Shown one piece after another: positions 38,356-52,761 of a DNA stretch of 64,000 bases (the stretch's first letter is position 1; every line of letters begins with the position of its first letter). The notes under the pieces were generated by a model, which was not told the DNA's origin, made no database searches, and was given only the letters and a program-made list of their open reading frames with translations. The DNA is taken from positions 811,554 to 875,553 of the forward strand of contig CM119266.1 of NCBI GenBank assembly GCA_051294375.1, given 5' to 3'. A program made the translations under genes and the position numbers. The stretch comes from Paraspadella gotoi. Lineage: Eukaryota > Animalia > Chaetognatha.

Positions 38356-39753
38356 TGTGGTTGATGGTTTCATACATGTAAAATCACAATCAGAGAATTT
38401 AACCATCGTATCTACATACTTTGCTCGACTCGAGCGCTTTAAAATTATTCGAAAAACTTTCCTACCGGGTTTTTGTTTAAAGTTTGAATGTTAAAACATC
38501 TGGAGAGAGAGAAAGAGAGAGAGAGAGACTGCGATATGAAAAGTTAATCGTATGTGGGCCAAAACAGCGATGGAGAGATTTTTATTTTCGATTTTTCTAA
38601 AATGGACGACGACGACGGCGACGACGACGACGGAACGAATTAATCAGACTCAGATTTTTCCGCTCTTTTTTTTTGTACAAAAAAATTCAGATCCTCGGCT
38701 CAAGAACGATTTAGGGGTAAAGCCGATTTTTTTTCACCAATTTTTTTTCGCTCATAAACAAATTTGTTCGTTTGATTCTCATGGGATATAATTTACTTTA
38801 TTTAAAAACGAAAGAACAACATATAAAAATTCCGTGCGTGCTTTTCCGTTTTTATTTAAAAAAAAAAGATGCACTCATCGTATGTAGATTTTCATATGAA
38901 GACTTAATCCTACTAACGGCTTTCGGCGCCGGATCAAATCCCTTTTAGCTTAGACGGTCCGGCCAGTGGGCGTCGCTAACTTTAAACTACTTTTCCCGCC
39001 CATCCCATTTCCGTCGCTATTCACAGGTAGCCGCCATCGCGGCGGTAACCAGGCTCTACAGGCCGTCGACAAGCTCGTCCACAAACGCCTGGGCGGAGCT
39101 GGCGGCGCCAAACCCCCGCACCGTCCAGGATCCTATCCCGACCCTCAGAAACTGGCGGGGATGGGGAAATCGTCGATGTCGGCCGGCGGGGAGGTCAGCG
39201 AGGCCGCGCAGCAACTTTTGCGAAAGGTCAAGGCCAAACAAGAGGTCCGTGGTAACGAGAGTATTTCTTTTTGTGGGAAAACAGAGAATGCAATTGAAAG
39301 TCTGTTGGAGTGTTGGTTTAATGAAATGAAGTCCCTGCTCCTTTAGTTTTTCTTTAAAATCCACGAATCTTGTCTCTTTCCTGGCTCCAGTTTTTTCTTC
39401 TTTCTTTCTGTCTACTCTCATCATACTCTCTCCCTCCGTCAGGGCGACGACAACTCTCTTGTTTCTCGTCTCCTCAAGAATCAAATGATGACCTCGCGCG
39501 CCTCCAGCGACAAACTCGCCGTCCATCCGCTGTTGGCCAAGCTTCCGCTCATGCGGAAGACCGGGAACAATCCTTTCGGGCCGAAGAAGGACGCCGTTAC
39601 CACATCAGCCGCCACCGCCTTGGACACTGCAGGCGTTGACGAAGATGCATCGGCTAAATCTGGCGAGGAGAGCGCCAAGACCGACGAGAAGGTAGTCGAC
39701 ACCAAGGTCGGCGACGCCAACGACGCCGTCGAAGGAAAGAAGGTAAGCTCGCC

Positions 39754-39796
<43 letters not shown>

Positions 39797-42700
39797 AGCC
39801 AAGTTAAAAAGATTGAAAACGAGGTGATATTTTCGCTTTCTCACGCACTACTGAGAGTATGTACTGGGGTTTCCCCGTTCCGATTTAGATGTTGAAATTG
39901 TTGGTCTTTCAACTAATTTACGGTGCGCGGAAACATTTTTCCGGTACATAGGGCGAGAGATAGTTGAAGCGAATCGCACCCCGACTCGTATATAGTTTGT
40001 TGTTGTTCTCTTGTTATGTATTTGTGTGGTTTTCACGTTTCCCGGGTAGACGCGCGCACCGACGAAATTGTCTTCTTATGTTTTCACTTGCCGCCACTTA
40101 AAGCGCGATTCACATAATATTTAACAATTTATCTTATTAATCCTGGTTTTCTCGCCTAATAACCTGGCTCCCCTTCCACTCTCTCTCTCTCTCTTCTATT
40201 TCTCTTTAAACTCTCTCTCGTCCGTGGGTAAAAATTATGGATGAAACAAAATAAAAAAAATTATGTATTTATTTGCTTTCTTTATCATTAATTTCACGTC
40301 ATCGAATCCCTTCTCGTCGATTTACACCAGGATATTTCCTCTTATGTAATTGAACAAAACTCCTCGTTAAAATGGCATGATATAGTAAGTAGTTTCCAGA
40401 TAGATACTATTTATTTTTCGACGGAATCAAATTTTGTTGGCATGTTGGCAATTTCAAAATAAAATGGAGTGCTTTGTGTGTTTCGTCCGTGTTACAATCT
40501 TAATGTCCCACCCGATTACCGAAATTGGCAGGGGCAATTGCTTCGAACTAGTGAGTTAGATATATGGTTTCTGGCAATATTATTTCAGTAATCCGAACAA
40601 CCAGTTTCTAACGCACATTCGAGTTCAAAATTCGCTTAAACCGATTATACAAGTTGATTAGCAAATTTACTGTTCTAAACGAACAAATAAATGCTTAAAA
40701 AATGAGTCATATTTAAATTGTTCTTTTTTTTTTGCTTATATTTATAAACCCCATTTTTAACTTTGTGACGATTTCATCTACAACTAATCGCAGGAAAATA
40801 ACGACTGATACCCATTCATGTATTGACTACAGAGAAAGTTTAAATAATTCGTACAGCTCATGGGTGAATGGTTGCATGTTAAAATTGTTTTATTAACATG
40901 TAGGTAGTTTGAAAATCGAAAAATGTCGGAGCAGCAGCGCAAATTAATGATAACTCTAAATAACCTTGCAAAGCGACCTTCGAAAGATTATTCTTAGTTT
41001 TCTAATTAAGCGGTGTATTCTAATGAGTTTATTTATAAAAATACAAGCCTTTAAAACGTTTGAAAAGAAATATTTGATAAGTACCTGATTTTTTAACTAA
41101 ATTAAATTTTAATGTTTCCAGTAATAATACGGAAATAGAATTAGATGAAAATAATTCTAATTCATACTTTTTACCTTCTTGTATAAATTCAGGACTTTTC
41201 TCGTCTTAAATATTTTTTAACTAAAGTTATTCTGTAACCAAAATTCTAAATTCTCCTTCCCATTTTTTAAAAATCACTTATGAAAAAAAACCTGCTCGCG
41301 CACCGCAAATACTGCTTTTTTAGTTGCATGTATGTGACTGCTGTCCTTAATTAAAGTCTTAGGATAACTGTATAGGACTCTTAATTTTTACGTAAATTTT
41401 TATGCCATAGCGAAAACGTAACCATAATAAAATGATTTTAAAATCAATTTGATAACAAAAAAAGAACACCCTCACTATTTTCAACACCCTTAATTCTGTT
41501 TTTCTTGTTCACTATAGGCTGAGCTGGAGCTCTTTTTTCATTGTAAGTTGTAAGTATTCTTAGCGATCATCGAACAATAATTAAACTCATTACTGTTGAA
41601 ATGATTTAAATTTGTAAGAGAGCTATAGTACAGTAATATTTTTCGTCCATCTGTGGAATGGGATGGGCAATTAAATTGATCAGATACTGACTATGAGTAC
41701 AAATAGAATTAGAATGGCCAACAGATAAAAAGTTAGTGGCGTTGTGAAATGTCCTTTAGTGAAAATAAGGGATCGTGGTTAAATGTATCTTCTTTTTCAA
41801 ATATACATATACGCTAACTACGCAATATAATTACATGCTGCTCCTCATTGTCCTTTATAAGTTTGCCTTGCTGCATCTCTAATGGTGTTTTAAGTCAAAC
41901 CGGGTCTTTTTTAACGCTTTTCTTTTTAAAACTGGAATGTTTATAAAGTCTTAGTGAAAGTTGGAAATCGAAATTCAAATAGTAAATCAACCTTTTTGTT
42001 CCAGGGAATATTTTGGGAAAATTTCCGTATTAGGCCATAATTAAATTTAAGTTATTTAGTTATGTTACATAACTAGATTTAACAAAATTTAAATTTATTA
42101 ATGATTTTTTTTTAATTTTTAATACAAAATTTTAACCCTTTTTTTAAATCTACTGTATACGTAATTATTCAAGAGACCTTGGTTCGACTTAATGCTAGAG
42201 GTTCAAACAGTAGGATGTCACATCATCAATTTAAGGATACATTCTTAACACCGCCAAGACAAAAATTTCAATCTACCGCTCACACTGCACGGCACATGAT
42301 CAACCCATTAAAAAATAATCGTGATCGAAAAACCATCCATGGACAAAGTGGGTTGATTTAGTACCTTGCTGTGGTTTTTCTTTTGGGATGTTTCCGCTGA
42401 CAAATGATTTCCACAAATAACAAATTAGATTTACTATTAATTACCTCTCGATATTTAAATTATAACAGATGTCTGGTTACTATCCTAGCATCACTTTGTT
42501 CTTCTGTTTTTCATCACTATTTTTTTTTTGTCAAAACAAGATTTTGCCGAATTTTGTATTGTTTCCATACTGGAAATGCTCTCTAGTTTTATTTTTCATA
42601 CACAATGTTTCGTATTAAGTGTTACCTCTTTTTTTTGGTCGAAACCTCGGAATTCGTGAGATGAGTGAATTTTCTCGGGAGGAAAAAAAAGTGACTCGAC

Positions 42701-45700
42701 CCCTCGATTTTCTCCTCGCGGATTCAATCTCATCGCCTTTTTTTTCATTCATTTATTATTTTTACTTGGTAAACAAAACAACAAAAAACGAATCTTTTGC
42801 TAATAGACGAGTCTTATCATATTTTATTTTCTACCCTTGTCAGGGCGCCGAAGAAGAGGCGTCGTCCGCCGACGCGGCCGAGCGTGCCGCTAACCCCGAG
42901 CTCTTCAAGGTGCCATTGCCGCCCGGCGATCCTCCTGTGCTCGGTCCGCCGACACAGGAAGAGGCCGCCACAGCGTCGGGCGAGGCGTCGGCGACCGGTG
43001 TCGGCTCCGGCTCCGCCTCCTCCGTCGGCGCTGGCGGCGTTCCGCCCGTCGGCACGGTCACGCCCATAACCAGCATCGGGCCACCGACGAAGAAGAGCAA
43101 GAAGAAGAGGAAAGCGCAGCAGCAACAGCAGACTCAGCAGCAGCTGGAGGGCAACAACGCGCCGGGCTCTATCAGCGCCGCTCTCTCGCACGCCGCCAAC
43201 TTGCCCTCGGCAAGCGCGAGCGGCGTTGCCGACGCCATCGGCGCCGCGGTGGAGCAGTTTACGGCGTCGTTGGAGGCGGAAGGAGAGGAGGCGGGAAGGG
43301 AGAACGGGTCCGAACCTCCTTCCAAGAAGATGCAGATCATGATTTCGCCCAGTGAGTTGGAAAATGGGGTTACCGGAACTCTTTATTTCCATTCACTTTC
43401 CTTGGTCGCAATCTTCCAGGTGAATCGGAAAAATATCGCGAGTTGCAGCAACAGGCGCAACTTCACATGCTGCAAAACCAACAAGCACAACAGGCTCAAG
43501 AGCAGCAACAACAGCAACAGCAGATGGCCTACGCGGCGGCGACCGAGTCCCAACTTTCGCCGGGCCAGATGATGGGTCACCAAATGATGATGCAAGGTCA
43601 ACAAATCATGCACGCTGGACAAGTTCCTGGTAAGTTTCGCTGCGTCATTTGTAGGGGTAGCCCCACTCAATGGGGTGAGTCAAAAAATGTAGTGTGCGTA
43701 CAATGCCGTACATGCTCAAACGAAAAGTTTTACATTTTAAAGTGTACTTTCAATGGACAAAAAAATTCTTATATGGCTCTATACCCTAGTAATTAATATT
43801 GGTGATTAACATCGTTTTATGAGGAAAACGCATATTATTTTTAATCGAGCAATATATTTCGGTTAACATTGCTTAACCATAGTTCATACTCATACCGCAT
43901 ATACGATGACTCTCAAGCAACCCTAGTAACTTATTATCAATCATTTCAAAAAATGGTTTTTTTTGTATAACCTTTAATATCTTTTTATTGGAATGTGACT
44001 AGTTTCACGAATGGGTTCTTTGTTCTAAAAGTCTACAAAGGGTTACGCCGTGCATCATCTTTCGATGATTTTATCAGTTTTTTTACATTTTTACTAAGAA
44101 AACGTAAGAATTTTTAAAAGCTGTTATTATATTTCTTGTTTAACTTTTTATGCTCTATCAGAATAATAAAAAGATTTAAAATTTTAAGATTTAAAAATAA
44201 AATTTTCCTTTAAATAGTAATATAACAATTTTAATTAGGCTAGTACCCTGAGGGTAGTACCCTCAGCAGAAAGCATTTTTGACAAAAATATTTTAATAGC
44301 TTACTCTATGCTCAATGAGCTCAATTGCTCATGATAGACTATTTTAACGCTGTATACATTAGCATTTAAATTTCATCGGCTATCTTAAGTAATTTCTGAT
44401 TGGCTTTTTTTCGCAGTCTCTCAAGGAATGGTGATGACGAGTCAGGGGCTGATGGCGGTGGCGGGTCATCCCGGCCACCAGATCCCCGCCGGCATGCAAC
44501 CTCAGGGGCCTCAGAGTCCTCAGCCGGGCGCGTATCAGATGGCGCCCGGACAAGTTATGGATCCGGTGAGTGTCGAAGTCCTTTCGTTTTCTAGACCTCT
44601 ACTTTTTCTTTTTTTCTGAAAATAAGCGGTTTTTAGAATTTTCTATGGGGTAATGTCTTTTTTTTTACCAGGATGCCCTCTTCTCAACAGGACTGGAGCT
44701 TTTCGTTTGTTTTGTACTTAATTTTTTTTTTCACCAAAAGCTGACCTTTTTTCTACAATAAAGATTGCATATTTTCTCTCCGAATCAATCTCGCTTTAAA
44801 TTTCTTGTGTATTCCTCTTTTTATTTAATTTTTTGTTTAGATTTTAATTATTTATATTTTTTTCGTTCTTTCTCCCACTCCCCTCCCAGCAGGCGGCCCA
44901 CGCGCAAGCCATGGCTCAGGCACAAGCCGCGGCCGTGCAGCAAGCTCAGGCCCAGGCCATTGCCCAGCAGCAACAGCAGCAGCAGCAACAACAACCTCAA
45001 CAGCAGAACTCGGTGATGTACGGCGCGCCTGCTGCCGCACCGCAGCAGGTTTCCCAGGCGGCGGCGCCGACTCCTTTTCAGCAACCGGGCCTACCGCCTG
45101 GTCACGTGGCCGTCCAGACTCCGCAGGGCGTGATGATCATCCCGACGTCGCAGGCGGCAATCGCGGGTCCTCTGCCCGTCATTCCGGGCACGCCTCAACA
45201 CTCAGCCATTCCCATGATTCCTGGACAAGCCTCGATGCCTGCCGCCGCCGCCGTTTTTCCTGGACAGCATGTCGGGATCGCGCCTCAGGCCAGGGTGAGT
45301 GGGGGCGAAGAGGCAAGGGTTGGATTCCGTTTGGGGCGGAGGAGGCGATTTATACAGAATGGTGGAAGAACGCCCTGTCATTTAGGTTGAAGGTAAGTGG
45401 GGGATTTTATTAGCGATTGGTTAAAATGTGGTTTAACGCGGTTAGTTTCTTTTTTGCTAATGTTGCTAAATCTCTCATTAATGTGCTTATTTGATATAAA
45501 TTTTATATTTCAAGAAAAATTGAGATGAACCTCGTTAAACTGCTCGAGGCTGGCGCTCTCTCTCTCTCTCTATCTATCTCTATCAATAAGTAAAAACCGA
45601 AAATTGCAGGTAGGAACGAGTAGTTCTAACACTTCTTACACAGAGCCGATGCACCGCTTTAGTTTTTTTGTTTTTTTTTTTCAAATTGGGGAGAATAGGT

Positions 45701-48700
45701 CAAAAAGGATAGGACCGTTAGCATGATTTGAATACAAAAGTTCCCTTGCGTCTAAGTTTTGGCTTCAACCCTGTTTCTTTCTCTCTCATTAAAATTTTTC
45801 ATTTTCTGGAATATTTTCCCCGTTTTTTGATGGTTTCTGTTTTGGGGGGGTTAGTTAGGGAATGTGTGTCGGCTTTGTTATTCGGTTGACGCTCTTTTTA
45901 CCACAGGCTTCGATAACAAAAGTTATTCTTACTAAATACATACATGCTGCGTAAATTCTTTGTATGTATATATATTATATATATTCTATTTACTACTACG
46001 GATGAATAACTTGATACGAAAATCTGCGAATTTTTTTTACTCCGGCTTTGTGATTTAACGTTAGCCTTAGATTTTCACTTTTTATTTTGCTTTGTATTTC
46101 AAGCTCATTTTAACCAAAAATTTTCTTTGAAATATACGTAGTTTAGATTTAATTACAGATAATTTTTAAAGAAATTTGTTGTGAATGACTCCGTTTGAAT
46201 TTTTATTGTTTAGCCTTCCTAAAATTTAATAACCATTTCCAAGAATTAAATTTTTTTAACCAACGCAGGTAAAGATAATATTAGAATAAAAATATTTTTT
46301 TTTAATCAACATTCTTCATTATAGAGTATATAGACGTCCGAGCATGATTCAAAGAGTTTTTAACAATAAAAAATCTTATTGATTTTACTTCCTTAAAAAA
46401 AGAAAGTTTTCCGTCCTTAGCTTTTAACAACTTCTTTTTTAAACCTGTGCGCTCTACGCTTGGTTGAAAAACAGACTGCGCGCAAAACTAGGGTTGAAAT
46501 TTCAAAGTGCCAAGTTTTCCTAATAATCGATTCCATTTCTAACGGTTTAATTTTGGTTTTCAATTTTCGAATTGTACTTCTATTTCTTGATATATCTAAA
46601 ATAGATTAGTTTCAGATTTAGGTTTAGGAATTGATGTTAGGGTATATTTTAAATGATTTGTTGGGCTTGCTTTTTTTCAAATTGACTCTTAGGAGTACCG
46701 AGTTTGTAGATTTACCAGAGTAAATGTATTTTTAATATTTTTTTTTCCGTAATTGAAAACCAAAGTTTATTATGGACTTTTTAATAAGATATATATATTT
46801 GAATATATTTTTATGTCGTGGATATTTATTCTGCCTCTATTGTAGGGCTTTTGTGGCAAATACTTGGTATAGATTCGGAGAAGTAACTACTTCGTAAAAT
46901 CAGATATTTACGCAGTTTTTATTTTAGTTTCACTATAAACTTTAGCAATATTTTAACACTTTTCTTATTTTCACAAATTAGTGAATTCTTTTTTAAGGCG
47001 ATTTCAAATTAAAATTATCTGTTTTGTGATGCGCGTCACAGTTTGTGTTACAACGTCTATCGTCAGTTTCGTACAATAATTGTATGAATCATGGCTAATG
47101 TTGTAATAAAAATGTTTACATACAATAATACAGATTTTGTGCTATTTAGATATTCACAGTCTTGTAGTGAAACTGAAATAAAGACATTTTTATCTTAGTC
47201 TTTTGTCTAATTTTCATTTAATATCACTAGATGTAGACTCTCAACCGCATGTAGACATGAGTAAGATTAAAAGAATAATTTATATGCCGTGTTGTAATGC
47301 TTGTTTGTATGCCTGTTGGATTGCAGTTCACTTAACTGGTTTGGTGAAAGGTACAAGTTATCTAAACACGGTTATCTTTGAAACATTTTTAAACATTTAA
47401 CCACTTAATTAATGCAAGCTTGAAGCTGACCCATGTCATCTAAAACTATTTCATGTGATGGGAACAGAATTCATATTCTTCAAGCATGCAGAAGTATTTC
47501 TGAAGTTAAACTTTGAAATTTTTTATCTATTCTTTCTTTCATTTGTTTCAAATCATTCCATCACAATGGTATCTCAACAAGTGAGGAAGTTTCACTTCTT
47601 TTTTGCTGCGAGGTTTATATATAGTAGGTAACATCTTTTAAAGTAGTATGATTATCTTTTTAGAGTTTTTTTAAAAAAATATTTCAAATTTCCACTTTGA
47701 AGGCTTTTGTTTCATACCTTATGTTAAAGTCAATATCCTTTGTCTAATTTTCTGTTTTAACTACAGTTGCAGCGTTTAAACATTCTTGTTTGTTGAACCG
47801 ATCTGGTGAGCTTCATTTGAATTATCAATGTTTATAGATCAATGCATTTTTGCTCTATGGTGGACAGCTAGATAGGTAGCCCAACAGTGTATAATCCTCA
47901 GTCTAATAACTGTGTAGACATACTTAAAAGATTTAGACTGATAGGAATTATGCATTGTTCGCACCAACTTACCATGCTTGAATGTACACATGTCCAAATT
48001 ACAAGAATCGCTCTATCATTTAATGCATGTTCAACAGTATAGTTTACTAATCAAGGTTAATTTTGACGAGGGTGATGGAATCCTTGCCAAAAGCTTATTT
48101 TATAGCTTTGGTTCCTTTGGGCATCATCACAACCTCATAAATCAATCCTTTATCGCTTGTTTGTCCAAATGCTGGTTATGTTTTGGAGTGTACCGTCAAA
48201 TCAGCATGTGGTTCACCAAGTGACGCAAAACTACCCTCATCCCTTTGTGATTTGATAACATCTCTTTTCTGCACACCACTTTTCCATTTCTGCTTTTCAA
48301 GGCGTTCACAGTCTTTTCCTATCCAAGAGTTAACTGTAGCACTTTAGGATAATTAACCAACGAAATTGTGAGTTTGATGAATTCTCATTGGCTCTGAATT
48401 TAAATCTGTTTCATTCATGACGTAATCTACAGCAAGGTCTGTTAACCTTGTCATCAACAATGGGCATGTCACGAAGCCTCGAAGGTAAAATTGTTCTAAC
48501 TAGTCCTTGTACGACACTTTTTTTCATACGTTTATATTTTTGGTACTGTATGACTAATAAAAGCTTATGCCTCCGTTAGATCTGAAAATAACCTGTTAAT
48601 ATTCCTTTAACCTGGGAAAAAGTGCATGATGGTCATATTTTCGTTCGCTTCAGATCTATAGTAGGCACTAACTTCTATCAGTCACTTCTTTCTGTAAAAA

Positions 48701-51496
48701 TTTATCCCTTTTAACCTCTCCTCATCACTAGATTGCAGTGTACAACTATAGTTTCCCTGATATGGACGTCTCTCCGGCCAGATTGAAAGTCTAAAATAAA
48801 AACGAAGAATCCACGCAAGCAAAGAATTAATTATGTAGCTTTTTAATATTTTATAAAAATTAAATCTATTTTCGTGGATTCCTGGTTTGGTTAAAAATGA
48901 ATATCGCATGCTTTTTAACATTATCCCACTGCTAGTAAGGTCTTAGATATGCGTCTCGTATTTTTCAAATCGAAATTTTATAAAATTCAAAAAATAAAAC
49001 TATGGTAGATAATGCCCGAAATAATTTTGAACACAAATATTAAGAAATAAGTACACTGCTTAACTTGAAGCACATTTAGAATCATCAAGGGTTTTCATTT
49101 CAATTTGGGGAACTTCCTTGGTTTTACGAAAAAAATTATATAATAAGCGGTATTTCTTTAAAAACTGAAAAAAAAAAATCTATGCTTAATATATTTGAAT
49201 AATCTATCTTATCTCGCGAGAGAGACTTTTTAAATGTTGGTGGTAACAGAAATTGGTGGAAATGAAATGCTAAATCCTGCTTGAACCAAGAAACGGTGAG
49301 AAAGTCACAGAATGAAAATAACGTTTGTACTTATGGTTATTAACGAGTTGTAAAATAACTGTTCAAGTCAAAGTGAGCTGTGCTTATATTGGAGACCGTT
49401 TCCTTTGCAGCACATTTGCTTTGAATCAAGCACTAGAAAACCCTTCTTTCCTCCTTTCCCTCGTTCTATGATATGAATCACGTATTTATTCAGGATCTTA
49501 AGATTAGTTTTTTAATCGGTAAGTAACGTCTTTCGTATGTAATAATATAGTTAGATTATTTTTCCAACTGGCTTATCATTCGGGAGTTTTATTATGGTAA
49601 TAATTCGATTTTATTTTTTTATTTCTTGTCCAAAAAAATGGTTGTGGCATTCTTATGACACTTCTGATCGGTAAGCAACCCATTAATCTTCCAATAATTT
49701 CGTGCTCTCCTCTTGTCTAGTTATTTATCATCCATTGATATACTACTATTATAGTTAACTGAGAGGTTATCTTATTGCACTGCAAAAATCCTGCAAAAGT
49801 TTTTTGATCATCTATATTAAAATAAAAGTCAAGTTTGGCAAAAAAGTTTCTTTTCTGTGCTTTTTTCATTTTTTATTCATTTACGTAAGATTTTTGGTCA
49901 AGAATTAGATTGCACTTTGGATAATGTAAATGTAACCAGCTCTAATCCTAATTTGGGTAAGGATGCCCTTTGCTTGTTAATTTTTTACAAAGAGCACCAT
50001 AGATCCGATCTGGAAATCTATTCGCTTTTCATTTCGTGAAGCGAAAGCGAATCTATTTTTTCAGAACGAATCTACGTTGTGCTTTTTTACGATCATGAGT
50101 TGGGCATTCTTTCTATGACAGTTTAAGAAAGAAAAAAAAGCTGTGATTCCTTCGTATTCAGAATGTTGTTTTTTCTTTGCATTTTAGGAAGTTGAGAGGA
50201 TTATTCTTTTTTCAATTGCTCATCCTTATATCTTTTTCTCTCGCAGATGGGAATTGCTCCTGGTCTTCAGTTGTCGGCGATCCAAGCCCAACAATTGGCC
50301 CAGATCCAGCAAGCTCAGCAGGCGCATATAGCAGCCACGCTGCACGCGGCGCAACAAGCGCAGTTGCAACAAGTGGCCGCTCAGCAACAGGCGCAGCAAC
50401 AAGCGATGGCGGCGTCACAAGCCGCTGCCGCAGCGGCCGCCGCCGCCGCCGCCACCCAAGGCGCGCCTTCGACTTCGCCCCACCCTCAAGCAACGAGTCC
50501 CCAAGTCCAGGCTCCCGCACCGACCGCGGTGACTCCAGGATCAGTTGGCGCTCCTGTTGGAGCAGCGCCGGAAGGCGATTCGGCGCCTCCACCGGAAGTC
50601 GCCTCTCCATCAGGTGCGTTGGCTGCTGCATTCGCGATACTTTTAAAATTACTTTAAATTAACATATTTGTTAAAATTTTACAAACTAATAAAGTGTTTC
50701 AAAACCCTAGAAACTAATCAAGAGCCGACGACGCCGGGTCCTCCGATAGACGCAACCTCGGGTCCAACAGCTCCGCCGGGCCCTTCGACGACCCCCGGCG
50801 TTCAAGGAGCGCCTCCCGCCGCGTCCGCCACTCCGGGACCCACTCCCGGCCTCGCCGCCGCGCCGCCGCCCGCGCAGTCCCCGGGACAGCCGAGTCCTGC
50901 TAGTCCGGCGGCGTCGGCGATGGCGCACGCCGCCGCCGTGGTGTCCAACGCGCAAGCGCAAGTGAGTGTTGCAGAGAAGGTGGATATGGCACCAATTCTT
51001 ATGTTTTGTTCAGTAATTTCGTTCAGTTAGTTAATCCTTTGGTGATTCTTTGCATCAGGCGACGGCGCAGCAGCAATTAGCGGCGCAGATGGCGCATATG
51101 CAGGCGGCGCAGGCGATGCAATTGGCTCAGGCGCGAGCCGCAGGCCTAATTCACGGCGCTTTGCCTTTCGGAGGTGAGAGTGACGTCGCTATTTTCCTTC
51201 TTTGAGAGAATCAACTGCTCTCTCAGTTAGAGATTTCTATCTTAAATGCCTCTTTTTTTTTCAATTCAGGCGTACGAGCCCCCGGCGGTCAGGTCCTCAT
51301 TCAAAACGGCGCCCAAATGGCCGCCCTTCAAGGTCGTCCTCCCGGTCTACCCGCGGGTTTTCGCCTGGTCCAGACCCCGGCCGGACTTCCCCGTGGCGTT
51401 CTACCCCCCGGGGTTCCACCGGGCGCCCGGATCCTGTTGGGCCCCGCCCCGCACGGAATGCAGATGCTCCGCATTCCGCCGAGACCGCCGATGTGA
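32506..51496 (+). CDS. GPATCH8: GPATCH8/ZNF804-family nuclear protein (Lys/Glu-rich, RS-rich and Gln/Ala/Pro-rich regions)
   Basis: Exons 32506-32692, 34981-37089, ~37165-37334, ~37447-37656, ~37828-37919, ~37998-38162, 39027-39244, 39479-39742, 42844-43351, 43420-43629, 44417-44565, 44890/3-45294, 50247-50613, 50711-50961, 51059-51173, 51270-51496. Family motifs appear in the right order: GLAFGFQKK..SVF; FVKVVSRDGSTELEWPAEMI..T..P.VEFSVNPLFFNF; AQQLLRKVK; PLLAKLP; ISPSESEKYRELQQQAQLH. Confidence 0.82.
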
Positions 51497-52761
51497 ACTT
51501 TGAAGAAAAAAAGAGAAACAGCGAACAGGGAGAATAAATTCGAGAGATGGGGGGGAGGTGGACGCTCGGCGTTCCCAGTCGCCGAAATCCCCGCCAAACG
51601 TCGCGAATTCGCGCGCTCTCTGCAATTTCTTCGCCACGTCTTTCCGATGTCATGCGCCGGTTTTCACTGAAAAACTTCACCCTCACCCCCTCTTTGTTCA
51701 CGCGCCCTTCTGCCTTTCCCCACCATTCTTACCACCCCCCCCCGCTCTCCCAAACCGTCGACTGACTTCAAATCTCGCGTGAATTCTCTCTCTTCGTTCT
51801 GGAATCATCCCATCTTCCTCGAGAAAGAAACTTAGCCAATGACTTCCTGTCTTTTCTCACTCTACCCCTACTCCGTCTCTCCAACTTCTCTCTACCCTTT
51901 TCTCTTCTTCCCCTTCCGCCTCCTTTATCCCCCGCCGACTCTTCATAGTCACTCGTTGGTTTTTAAATGTGATTTCACCTCCTCTGATTTCATGCTAGGC
52001 CTTTGTTGAGTAACAAATATTTGACAAACCGCTACTTCGTGAGACGCAATAATTATTTTTTCTCGCCTTACGTGACAATGACAATAAATATGTAGCCTTT
52101 TTTTCGTTTTCATGCACTGTCTGACACTCTTAGTTTCAAAGGATTTATATATGTCTAATTTAATCATTAGTTTGTTTTGAAGGGATATTTTTTTAGTGTT
52201 ATTTTTATTTTTTTTTATTTTTGAGGTTTCTGTGTGACTTAGTCAAGTTATTATTTGTCGTTTTTGGTTTGCGGATTAAAAAAATAGCTATCTGAAAAAA
52301 AGTCGGGTTGTTTTATTACCTTACGAGTTAGGCGAACGTGTATATTAAGTATTGACTTCTGTTTTGTTCATTTTATTTATGATTATTAATAAAATCTCTC
52401 TCGCCAAATGAACCACCAACCCTTTTGCTTTTGGAGAATTAGTTAATAAGGTGTCCCAGAAAATCCTTATGCAGTTGAGATCTTAACGTATTTTTTTCGT
52501 TTTAAACGTGGTTACTGTGAAAAGAATGCATTTCGTGATTCGTGAAAGAGTTAGTGCATTGTCATGTCGAGTTGATTCGAGCCCTTGGGACAAAAGGTTT
52601 CCAGATTTTAGCAAATTTAAAATTTAGTACGAGCTTAGCGGTTTTGTTTTTGTCGAAATTCCGACTCTCATCGCGATGATTCAGATTACGAATGTTCTTT
52701 TTAACTTACTTTCGTCAGGCTAAAAGACAAAAAAACAAAAAACAAAAAAACAAAAAACAAA

